Assembly (NCBI GenBank): GCA_043750095.1
Contig: JAYVCF010000246.1
Span: forward strand, 1 to 53,686
Source of the DNA: Deltaproteobacteria bacterium
GTDB lineage: Bacteria > Myxococcota_A > Polyangia > Polyangiales > Sandaracinaceae
DNA length: 53,686 nt
Direction of reading: 5' to 3'
The first letter of the stretch is position 1. Each line of letters starts with the position of its first letter. This document shows, one piece after another, positions 39,439 through 47,424 of the stretch. The notes beneath the pieces were generated by a model. The model was not told the DNA's origin. It did not search any database and saw only the letters and a list, made by a program, of their open reading frames with translations. A program made the position numbers and the translations under genes.

Positions 39439-39511
39439 CTCGACCGGAGTGCCCGGCTCGCCGGGCCGACACAATTGTGTCGCGTCCGCTTCGCGGACGA
39501 CTCCGGCCGAG
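39439..39511 (+). repeat. 73-nt four-way-junction repeat, family A, copy 3
   Basis: CTCGACCGGAGT GCCCGGCTCGCCGGGC CGACACAATTGTGTCG CGTCCGCTTCGCGGACG ACTCCGGCCGAG. It starts 2 nt after the TGA of 38649..39437 and sits between convergent genes. Confidence 0.85.
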
Positions 39512-39526
39512 ACCGATCGCGCGCGG

Positions 39527-40216
39527 CTACTTCTTCGGCTTCGGCGAGGACTCACGCACGAGCGCCTCGAGCGTCGGGAGCAACATCTTCCGACGCAGAA
39601 GTACGACGAGCCTCTCGCTCAGCTCGGTCGCGGCGAGCGTGAGCTCAGGTAGGTTCGCGCCCGCGCGCGGCAACACTCCCGCACGAAAGAGCTGGAGCTC
39701 CGCGCGAACGAGCGCGCCGAGCGCGTTACCGTACTCGCCGAGCACCTCGAGGGGCAGCATCTCGGGGTCGAGTCCTGCCTTGCGCGCTGCGCCGAGCAGA
39801 CGGAGCAGCTCGAGATCGTCGCCTTCGAAGACCTCGCTCTTGCCGTCCTTTTTAGGACGCACCAGGCCCGTGCTCACGAGCCAGTCGAGCTGCGCTCGCG
39901 GAAGGCCCGAGCGCTGCAGATCGGCCCGCGTGCGGCGCTCGCCCTTCCGATCGTGAGCCAGAACGCGCGCGATCGTCGCGGCCACCGTCTCGTCGGGATC
40001 TTCGCGCTCGGACTCGTCCAGCACCTCGCGAATGACCTTGAGGGGCAAGAAGCGCGTGCGCTGGAGCTCTTTGATGCGCAGCACGCGATCGACGATGCTG
40101 ACGTCGTAGTACGCCATGTTCCGACCGGTGCGCGTCGGCTCGGGCAAGAGGCCTGCGAGGACGTAGTGCTTGATGGTCGCCGCGGGCACCCCGCTCATGC
40201 GAGCCAGCACCGACAT
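39527..40216 (-). CDS. MerR-family transcriptional regulator
   Basis: N-terminal HTH MSVLARMSGVPAATIKHYVLAGLLPEP..GRNMAYYD and a long helical C-terminal domain. The track ORF 39527..41173 is an over-extension through the upstream gene. Confidence 0.85.
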   Translation of the reverse strand: MSVLARMSGVPAATIKHYVLAGLLPEPTRTGRNMAYYDVSIVDRVLRIKELQRTRFLPLKVIREVLDESEREDPDETVAATIARVLAHDRKGERRTRADLQRSGLPRAQLDWLVSTGLVRPKKDGKSEVFEGDDLELLRLLGAARKAGLDPEMLPLEVLGEYGNALGALVRAELQLFRAGVLPRAGANLPELTLAATELSERLVVLLRRKMLLPTLEALVRESSPKPKK

Positions 40217-40287
40217 CTTCACGCGCGGATGCGGCGCGGGCTGGGCCGCGGGCTTCTTCGGCGATGCGCTGCGCGCGACTCTCGCCG

Positions 40288-41373
40288 TCAAGGACCGACC
40301 CGCGTGATGCCCGTCGGGACCGACGCGCCGGTGAGCCAGGCTGCCATGTCCGTCTCGCCACGGAGATGATAGCGCGCGAACGCGACCGACATCGTGCGGA
40401 TGTCGTCGCGGAGCGTCGCGACGTTCGTCGGCTCCATCGCGCAGAAACTTCCGAACGTCCCGCCGCCGTCGTCCGTGAACGTCATGTGAACCGCGTCGGC
40501 GAAGGTCCACTGCACCGCCCACGACGAGGCGTGGATGGCCGCGTAGATCGTCGCGTAGTTCTGCGCCGTGGGCGCGCAGGGCATGAAGCCGCCCGACCCA
40601 TCGTTGGTCTCGCCCATCACGCCGACCGGGATGGTGAGCGCGCCGGCCTCGGTCGCGCTCGCCGCGTCCGGACACGTCGCGCTGAAGCCCATCCCCGGGC
40701 CGCAGCCGTTCACCGGATCGAGCAAGAGCGCCGCAGTGATGCGCGTGTCGGCAGCCGCGGCGAGGACGGCATCCTTGCCCCCACGGCTGTGTCCCATCAC
40801 CAGGATGTGCGTCGCGTCCACGCTGGCGGCGAAGGGCGCCGCACCGAGCGCCCAGTCGATCGTGTGAAGGATCGCATCGCGCTCGTCGATGTTCGTCGGC
40901 CCGCCGATGAAGCTGCTCGACGTGTTCACGCCGATCACGACGAAGCCGTGGGAGGCGATGCGCTGGAGCAGCATCGCGTAGTTCGTCGTCGAGAGCTGGT
41001 AGCCGTGCTTGAAGACCACGAGCGGCGCGCGCTCGCCCGCGGCCAGCGTCGGCACGAACGCGACGGCGGTGGCGCCCGTCAGCATCGTGGACGACATCGT
41101 GACGGTGTGGGGACCGACGGCGTCGGGGCGCGAACCGGTCGTGGTTCCGGAATCGGTGCCCGGCGCCACCCACGCGTCCGTAGCGGGCGCGCTCGCGTCG
41201 TGGGTCGGTGTGCCCGCGTCGGTCGTCGGCGACGCAGCGTCGTCACCCCCGTGCATGCCGCCGTCGGTGCGCGTGGGCCCGGCGTCGCCGGTCTCGGGCA
41301 CGCCGGCTCCACCACACCCGAAGGCGAACGAGAGCGCGAGGGCGATCGAGAGCACGATGCGAAACGGCGTCAT
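40288..41373 (-). CDS. alpha/beta-hydrolase lipoprotein (chlorophyllase/PAF-acetylhydrolase-like)
   Basis: Lipobox SFAFGC. Nucleophile elbow VMGHSRGG. Preceding strand PLVVFKHGY. Confidence 0.75.
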   Translation of the reverse strand: MTPFRIVLSIALALSFAFGCGGAGVPETGDAGPTRTDGGMHGGDDAASPTTDAGTPTHDASAPATDAWVAPGTDSGTTTGSRPDAVGPHTVTMSSTMLTGATAVAFVPTLAAGERAPLVVFKHGYQLSTTNYAMLLQRIASHGFVVIGVNTSSSFIGGPTNIDERDAILHTIDWALGAAPFAASVDATHILVMGHSRGGKDAVLAAAADTRITAALLLDPVNGCGPGMGFSATCPDAASATEAGALTIPVGVMGETNDGSGGFMPCAPTAQNYATIYAAIHASSWAVQWTFADAVHMTFTDDGGGTFGSFCAMEPTNVATLRDDIRTMSVAFARYHLRGETDMAAWLTGASVPTGITRVGP

Positions 41374-41397
41374 GGGCGGCCTCTTCGTCTTGTCAGT

Positions 41398-41426
41398 AGT
41401 GAGAAGTCGTACTTCTCACTTTGCAA
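41398..41426 (-). promoter_or_regulatory. operator-like perfect palindrome abutting a TTGCAA -35-like hexamer, upstream of the hydrolase-merR operon
   Basis: AGTGAGAAGT-CGT-ACTTCTCACT (10-bp arms, 41398..41420) lies immediately downstream, on the minus strand, of TTGCAA (41421..41426). The ATG at 41373 is 47 nt further on. Confidence 0.5.
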
Positions 41427-41468
41427 CGGAGCCGTCAACGCCTGCCGCGGTGAAAACGCACACGCGCC

Positions 41469-42461
41469 TCAGCGCTTGCCGTCGATGCCGATCGCGCCGC
41501 GGACGCGATCGATCGTGCGGCGTGCGATCACGCGGGCCTTCGCCGCGCCCTCTTCGAGCGTGGCGTCGAGCCTCGCTTCGTCGGCACGGAGCGCACGGTA
41601 GGTCTCGCGCTTGTCGCCGAGCTCTCGCTCGATCGCTTCGTAGAGATCCTGCTTCGCGTGGCCCCAGCCGTAGGCGCCGCCTGCGCCGAGCTTGCTGCGC
41701 ATCGCCTCGACCTCCGTGTCGGACGCGACGAGCTTGTAGAGATCGAACACGGTCGTTCCCTCGCTCGGCTTGGGCGCTTCGAGCGGCTCGCTGCCGGTGA
41801 CGAACTTCATCACGAGCTTGCGCAGCGACTTGGCGTCCTCGAAGAGCGGCACCGAGTTACCGAGGCTCTTGCTCATCTTCTTTCCGTCGAGCCCCGGCAC
41901 GAGCGGCGCATCCGACAAGAACACCTCCGGCACGACCAGCGTGCCCGCGCCCCAGAGGTGGTTCACGCGCGCGGCCATGTCGCGCGCGAGCTCGACATGT
42001 TGCCTCTGGTCCGCGCCGACCGGCACCACGTCGCAGTCGTAGAGCACGATGTCGGCGGCCATCAGCACCGGGTAATAGAAGGTCCCCGCGTTGGGTGCCT
42101 CCCCAGCGTCCACCGCGGCCTTGTACGCATGACCGCGCTCGAGCTGTCCGGTCGCGACGACACACGACAGGATCCAGGCGAGCTCGAAGACCTCGGGGAT
42201 CGCCGACTGCCGGTAGAGCAGCGTGCGGCTCGGATCGAGTCCACACGCGAGCCAGGTCGCGGTCACGTCGTAGATCGAAGCGCGCAGCGCCGCCGGATCG
42301 CGCATCGAGGTGAGCGCGTGGTAGTCGGCGATGAAGTACATCCCGTCGAACTGCTCGGCCATGCGCAGCGCGGGGCGAATCGCGCCGAGGTAGTTGCCGA
42401 GATGCGGCGCCGAGTGCGTCGGCTTCACGCCGGTCAGCGAGACCTTCTTCTTCGTGCTCAT
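41469..42461 (-). CDS. trpS: tryptophan--tRNA ligase
   Basis: Start trimmed to MSTKKKVSLTGVKPT. HIGH-type HLGNYLG and KMSKS are both present. Confidence 0.95.
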   Translation of the reverse strand: MSTKKKVSLTGVKPTHSAPHLGNYLGAIRPALRMAEQFDGMYFIADYHALTSMRDPAALRASIYDVTATWLACGLDPSRTLLYRQSAIPEVFELAWILSCVVATGQLERGHAYKAAVDAGEAPNAGTFYYPVLMAADIVLYDCDVVPVGADQRQHVELARDMAARVNHLWGAGTLVVPEVFLSDAPLVPGLDGKKMSKSLGNSVPLFEDAKSLRKLVMKFVTGSEPLEAPKPSEGTTVFDLYKLVASDTEVEAMRSKLGAGGAYGWGHAKQDLYEAIERELGDKRETYRALRADEARLDATLEEGAAKARVIARRTIDRVRGAIGIDGKR

Positions 42462-42545
42462 GAGCGAAGAGCGGTGTCGCACGCCGCGCGCACCGTGCAA
42501 ACGTTCCCTTGGAACGCTCGGAGGGCAAGCAAGAGCGCCCTCGTG

Positions 42546-43679
42546 TCAGGGTAGCGCGCGGAAGAAGTCCCACATCGCTTCGGCCGCGTTCGGCCAGATC
42601 GCGTGGCCCATGCCCGGGATCGGGCACCACGCGACGCCGTGGGTGCAGCCGTCGTAGGTGACGCAAGGTGCGATGGGGCCGCTCATGGTGGTCGCGGCGC
42701 AGCTCGCGGTGGCGAGGTAGTTGTCGCGCACGCCCTGGCCTTCGGTGAACGAGACGCCGCTCGTCATGTCGCTCGCGCCCCAGACGAAGATCGCGTCGGG
42801 CAGCGCACAGCTCACGCCGCCGCTCCCCGTGTACGTGAACTCGGGGCCCGTCGGACCGTCTGTCGAGTAGAGCGTGCCCGAGTGAAGCGCGAGGCCTCGG
42901 ATCACGGTAGGCCCGAGGCGACAGCCGAGCGCGTTGGCCATCGTGGCACCGCCGCTGAAGCCCGTGATGAACACGTGGCCCGTGTCGATCGCGAGCTCGG
43001 TATGGAGCGCGGCGATCACGTCGGTGACGAACTGCGTCTCGCGCGTGCGGCCGGCGTACGTCCAGTACTCGAAGCTGCCCCCGGGTGCGTCGGGATAGAC
43101 GTAGACCGCGCCGGTCGCGGGCCCATGTGCCTCGAGCGGAAGTGCGGTGCGCATGCCTGCGCCGCTTCCGCCGTCGCCGTGCAAGGAGAACACGAGCGGC
43201 AGCGCGCCGCGCGATGCGATGTCGCTGGGCATCGCGAGGACGAAGGTGCGCGCGACGGCGCTCGAGGTGATCATGCGCGTCTCGCTCGTGTACGAAGCGG
43301 GCGCCACGAACGCGTCGAGGCTGGCGTCCGAGCCCGCATCGACGGCGGCCGCGCCGGCATCCGTCATCGTGACGCAGGCGCTGAGGAACGGCGCGGGATC
43401 GCAGGCGGTCGACGTGTACGTGCCCGTGGCGGTGCCGTCACGCGTGCACTGACACGTCGAGCCCGTGCACGAGGCGGTGATCGAATGACTCGCACAGGTC
43501 GTCGTGCACTCGCAGCTCGAAGTAGCCGATCGCGTGCAGACGGCGACGCAGTCGAGCGCGGCGTCGATCGGCCCCACGTCGGCGCGGGAGCCGCCGTCGA
43601 TGATCGGTGCGGACGGTGCGCAGCCGAGGGCCACCGCCACGAGGCCGAGCCCGAGCACCGAGGCGCGAGCCGCGCTCAC
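42546..43679 (-). CDS. PHB-depolymerase-family esterase (LpqC-like) lipoprotein with Cys-rich N-terminal module
   Basis: GTG 43679 overlaps the thiolase TGA (GTGA). Lipobox VAVALGC. Esterase motif ITGFSGGATMA. LHGDGGSG oxyanion region. Confidence 0.75.
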   Translation of the reverse strand: MSAARASVLGLGLVAVALGCAPSAPIIDGGSRADVGPIDAALDCVAVCTRSATSSCECTTTCASHSITASCTGSTCQCTRDGTATGTYTSTACDPAPFLSACVTMTDAGAAAVDAGSDASLDAFVAPASYTSETRMITSSAVARTFVLAMPSDIASRGALPLVFSLHGDGGSGAGMRTALPLEAHGPATGAVYVYPDAPGGSFEYWTYAGRTRETQFVTDVIAALHTELAIDTGHVFITGFSGGATMANALGCRLGPTVIRGLALHSGTLYSTDGPTGPEFTYTGSGGVSCALPDAIFVWGASDMTSGVSFTEGQGVRDNYLATASCAATTMSGPIAPCVTYDGCTHGVAWCPIPGMGHAIWPNAAEAMWDFFRALP

Positions 43680-44845
43680 TTGGCGAGCTCGAAGAGTCCA
43701 GCCGCGCCCTGTCCGCCGCCGATGCACATCGTGACGATGCCATAGCGACCCCCGCGACGCTTCAGCTCGTGGAGCAGCGTGGCGGTGAGCTTGGCACCCG
43801 TGCAGCCGAGCGGATGACCGAGCGCGATGGCGCCGCCGTTCACGTTCAGCTTCTCGTCGGGGATGCCGAGCTCGCGCGCGCAGTACACCGACTGGCTGGC
43901 GAAGGCCTCGTTCATCTCGATGAGATCGATGTCCTTGATCGTGAGGCCCGTCTTGGCGAGGAGCTTCTTCACGGCGGGAAGCGGACCGATCCCCATGATT
44001 GACGGATCGACGCCGACCGTGACGAAGTGCCGGAAGTACCCGAGCGGCGCGAGCCCGAGCGCAAACACCCTCGCCTCGCTCATCACGATCGCGGCGGCTG
44101 CGCCGTCCGAGAGCGGCGAGGCATTGCCGGCGGTGACGGAGCCCTTGGCGCTGAACGCAGGCTTGAGCGCCGCGAGACCTTCGGCGGTCGTGTCGGGACG
44201 CGGCAGCTCGTCTCGCGTGAACGCGAACATCTGGCGCTCGCCGCTCGCGGAGAACTTGATGCCGTGTACCTCGACGATCTCGGCCTCGAACTTCTTCGTC
44301 TCGATCGCCTGTGCCGCCTTCTTCTGGCTGGCGAGCGCGAACGCGTCCTGCTGCTCGCGCGTGATGCCGAACTTCGCAGCGACGTTCTCCGCCGTGATGC
44401 CCATCGGCGTGTAGACGCTCGCGTACTTCTCCATCACCTCGGGCGAGGCGCTGAGCTTGTAGCCCGTCATCGGCACCATCGTCATGGACTCGACGCCGCC
44501 CGCGATCACGGTGTCCGCGCTGCCGACGAGGATCTCACCCGCCGCCATGGCGATCGCTTGCAGGCCGCTCGAGCAGAAGCGGTTGATGGTGACCGCGCCG
44601 CACTCCTCGGGAAGGCCACCGAGCAAGCCGACCGGCCGCGCGACGTTGAGGCCCTGCTCGCCCTCGGGCATCGCGCAGCCGAGCACGAGATCTTCGACGT
44701 CCGATGCGCTCACCTTCGGATTGCGCGCGAGGAGCGCTCGAATCACCTCGCCCGCGAGCTCGTCGGGGCGACGGAGAGCGAGCGAGCCCTTGGTGGCGCG
44801 ACCGACCGCGGAGCGAACTGCATCGACGATGACGACGGTGGACAT
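43676..44845 (-). CDS. fadA: acetyl-CoA C-acyltransferase (thiolase)
   Basis: 389 aa. Active-site Cys context NRFCSSGLQA. C-terminal NVNGGAIALGHPLGCTGA and CIGGGQG. Confidence 0.95.
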   Translation of the reverse strand: MSTVVIVDAVRSAVGRATKGSLALRRPDELAGEVIRALLARNPKVSASDVEDLVLGCAMPEGEQGLNVARPVGLLGGLPEECGAVTINRFCSSGLQAIAMAAGEILVGSADTVIAGGVESMTMVPMTGYKLSASPEVMEKYASVYTPMGITAENVAAKFGITREQQDAFALASQKKAAQAIETKKFEAEIVEVHGIKFSASGERQMFAFTRDELPRPDTTAEGLAALKPAFSAKGSVTAGNASPLSDGAAAAIVMSEARVFALGLAPLGYFRHFVTVGVDPSIMGIGPLPAVKKLLAKTGLTIKDIDLIEMNEAFASQSVYCARELGIPDEKLNVNGGAIALGHPLGCTGAKLTATLLHELKRRGGRYGIVTMCIGGGQGAAGLFELAK

Positions 44846-44869
44846 GCGTACCTCCTAATTGCGTACGGG

Positions 44870-47269
44870 CTAATTGCGTAGTGGGCGGTTGTTCATGAGC
44901 ATGTGCTGCATGCGCTCTTGGCTCTTCGGCTCGCCGCAGAGGCTGATGAACGCCTCGCACTCGAGGTCGAGCACTTCTTGCTCGGTGACCTCGTGCGTGT
45001 GGCCCGACGGGCCACCGTTGAGGACGACGGCGAGCTTGCGCGCGATGAGCGCGTCGTGCGCGCTCGCGTAACCACCGGCGACGAGCGTGTCGATCATCAT
45101 CCCGAGCGTCGCGATGCCGTTCTCGCCAGGAAGGACGTAGGCGCGCGGGATCGGCGGATGGTAGCCGCTCGCGGCGAGACCGATCGCACGCGCCTTCGCT
45201 TCATGCAGCTGACGCGCACGATCGAAGCTCACGCCATCGCTCTTCCTGAAGTAGCCGAAGTGCTGCGCTTCGACGGCGGACGTCGCGACGTTGGCGAGCG
45301 CGATGTTCTTGAACACCTGCGTCACGATCGCGTACGTGTCGAGGGTCGCGCCCTGCACGTTCGCGTCGAGCGCGCGCCAGAGCATGTTCATCGTGCCCGC
45401 GCCGCCGGGGATCAGGCCCACACCGACCTCGACGAGGCCTGCGTACGTCTCGGCCGCGGCCTGCACCGCGTCGCTTCCGAAGCAGAGCTCGAGGCCACCG
45501 CCGAGCGTCATCCCGTAGGGCGCAGCGACCACCGGAACGCGCGCGTACTTCAGGCGCTGCGTCGCCGACTGATAGCCCTTCACCAGCGTGCGCAGCTGGT
45601 CCCACTGCTGCTGGCCCGCCGCCATCACCACGCCGAAGAGGTTCGCACCCACGCTGAAGTGCTCGCCCTCGTTCGCGATCACGATCGCGCGGAAGTCGCT
45701 CTCCGCTCTCTCGGCCGCGTCGTGCAGCATGGCGATCACGTCGGGATCGATGCTGTTCGCCTTCGTCTTGAAGGTGATGCCGAGCACGCCCTCGCCGAGG
45801 TCCCACGCGTCCGCGCCCGCGTTCGTGAGCACCGGTGCCTCTCCACGACGCACCTTCGCCAGCGGTAGCTCGCGCGGATCCGCGGGCCGCAGCACGTGCT
45901 TGCCCTCGGCGAAGCTCCAGACGGCGAGGCCCTTCTTCGTCTGCTTGTAGAAGCTGCGCGCGCCCTTGGCCGACATCTCCTTGATGCGCTCGGGGATGGC
46001 GATGCCGTCCTTCTCCATGCGCGCGAGAGTCTTGCCAAAGCCGAGCGCATCCCAGGTCTCGAAGGGGCCGAGCTCCCAGTTGTATCCCCACTTCATCGCG
46101 TCATCGATCGCCACCACGTCGTCGGTGATCTCGCCGATGCGGCGCGCCGCGTAGGCCATCGCGCGAGAGAGAACCTTCCACGAGAACGTGCCGACCTTGC
46201 CGCGCGTCTTGACGAGCGCATTCACGCGCTCCACCGGCGACTCGATCTTCGAGATCGCCTTCGTCGCCGTGGCGATGCCCGCATCGCCGCCCTTCGGCCG
46301 ATACGCGAGCGTGGCCGGATCGAGCGTGAGCGTGTCGGCCTTGTCGCGCTTGTAGAAGCCGCCCCGGGTCTTGTCGCCGAGGATGTTCTTCTCGACCATC
46401 GCGCGGATGAATGCGGGCACCTCGAAGACGGCGCGCTCTTCGTCGTCCGGCAGAGCCTTCCAGCAGTTGTCGGCGACGTGCACGAACGTGTCCAGGCCGA
46501 CGATGTCCGCCGTGCGGAACGAGGCGCTCTTCGGGTGCCCCATCGGCACACCCGTGATGTTGTCGACGTCCTCGGGCGTCAGGCCCATCTCGAGCATGAG
46601 ATGAATCGTCGTCATCATCGAGTGAATGCCGATGCGGTTGCCGATGAAGTTCGGCGTGTCCTTGCCGACGACGATGCCCTTGCCGAGGTCTTCCTTGCCG
46701 AGCTTCGCGATCGTCGCGACGGTGGCCGGATCCGTCTCCGGACCCGCGACGAGCTCGAGCAGCTTCATGTAACGCACGGGATTGAAGAAGTGCATCACGA
46801 GGAAGCGCTTCTTGAATCCGTCGCCGCGTCCCTCGACCATGTCGTGGATGCGCAGGCCCGAGGTGTTCGACGCCACGATCGTGTGCGGCTGAACGACCTT
46901 CTCGAGCTTCTCGAAGAGGCCGCGCTTGATGTCGAGCCGCTCGACGATCGCCTCGATGATCAGATCGCAGGCGCCCGCCTCCGGGAGGTCGTCGTCGAGG
47001 TTGCCGACGCTCACGAGCTTGGCGTTCGAGCCATGAAAGAACGCCGCGGGCTTCGCTTTCGCCAGCCCCGCGAGGGCCGCGGCCGCGACCCCGTTGCGCG
47101 GCGCCTTCGGATCCTTCGGCTCGCCAGAGTGCCCGGCGGAGCCGGGCCGATCCTTCGGTGCGATGTCGAGCAAGAGCACGGAGAAGCCCGCGTTCGCCAG
47201 GTGCGCCGCGATGCCGCTGCCCATCACGCCCGAACCGAGAACCGCCACGCGTCGGATCGCCTTACCCAT
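44870..47269 (-). CDS. 3-hydroxyacyl-CoA dehydrogenase/enoyl-CoA hydratase, FadN-type order (dehydrogenase N-terminal, crotonase C-terminal)
   Basis: Start trimmed to MGKAIRRVAVLGSGVMGSGIA (Rossmann fold). C-terminal crotonase block VIANEGEHFSVGANL. 799 aa. Confidence 0.9.
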   Translation of the reverse strand: MGKAIRRVAVLGSGVMGSGIAAHLANAGFSVLLLDIAPKDRPGSAGHSGEPKDPKAPRNGVAAAALAGLAKAKPAAFFHGSNAKLVSVGNLDDDLPEAGACDLIIEAIVERLDIKRGLFEKLEKVVQPHTIVASNTSGLRIHDMVEGRGDGFKKRFLVMHFFNPVRYMKLLELVAGPETDPATVATIAKLGKEDLGKGIVVGKDTPNFIGNRIGIHSMMTTIHLMLEMGLTPEDVDNITGVPMGHPKSASFRTADIVGLDTFVHVADNCWKALPDDEERAVFEVPAFIRAMVEKNILGDKTRGGFYKRDKADTLTLDPATLAYRPKGGDAGIATATKAISKIESPVERVNALVKTRGKVGTFSWKVLSRAMAYAARRIGEITDDVVAIDDAMKWGYNWELGPFETWDALGFGKTLARMEKDGIAIPERIKEMSAKGARSFYKQTKKGLAVWSFAEGKHVLRPADPRELPLAKVRRGEAPVLTNAGADAWDLGEGVLGITFKTKANSIDPDVIAMLHDAAERAESDFRAIVIANEGEHFSVGANLFGVVMAAGQQQWDQLRTLVKGYQSATQRLKYARVPVVAAPYGMTLGGGLELCFGSDAVQAAAETYAGLVEVGVGLIPGGAGTMNMLWRALDANVQGATLDTYAIVTQVFKNIALANVATSAVEAQHFGYFRKSDGVSFDRARQLHEAKARAIGLAASGYHPPIPRAYVLPGENGIATLGMMIDTLVAGGYASAHDALIARKLAVVLNGGPSGHTHEVTEQEVLDLECEAFISLCGEPKSQERMQHMLMNNRPLRN

Positions 47270-47353
47270 TCGAGAGCCTCCTCGTGCGCGACGTGCGAGC
47301 GGTCTCCCAACGTCGGCGCCGCTACCGTCCTCGCTGAGAAGCCCTCGCGCAAG

Positions 47354-47409
47354 CGATTCGTGAGCGAGCCGGCCGCTTCGCGACGACACGTTTCTTTTCT
47401 CACGAATCG
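47354..47409 (-). promoter_or_regulatory. 11-bp inverted repeat pair upstream of the beta-oxidation operon
   Basis: CGATTCGTGAG (47354..47364) and CTCACGAATCG (47399..47409). The second contains the local palindrome CACGAATCGTG. The region is AT-richer than its surroundings. Confidence 0.35.
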
Positions 47410-47424
47410 TGTCACGCGAGCGCG

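Noticed and set aside
39439-39511. The cloverleaf repeat as a tRNA or tRNA-like gene
   Set aside because: The length and four-way junction are tRNA-like, but the loops are only 3-4 nt. There is no 7-nt anticodon loop, no T-loop GTTCRA motif, no variable region, and the acceptor stem is 12 bp.
39527-41173. 548-aa track ORF treated as a single gene
   Set aside because: Its N-terminal two thirds are an out-of-frame shadow of the alpha/beta-hydrolase gene (40288..41373). Only the C-terminal 229 aa, from MSVLARMSGVP, show MerR motifs.
47121-47160. Possible fourth, degenerate copy of the cloverleaf repeat inside the FadN-type gene (AGAGTGCCCGGCGGAGCCGGGCCGA, translating to SAGHSGEP)
   Set aside because: Only the first hairpin region is similar. 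The palindrome CGACACAATTGTGTCG, the third arm and the outer stem are all absent, and the segment is in frame within a conserved enzyme. It is probably a chance GC-rich hairpin.
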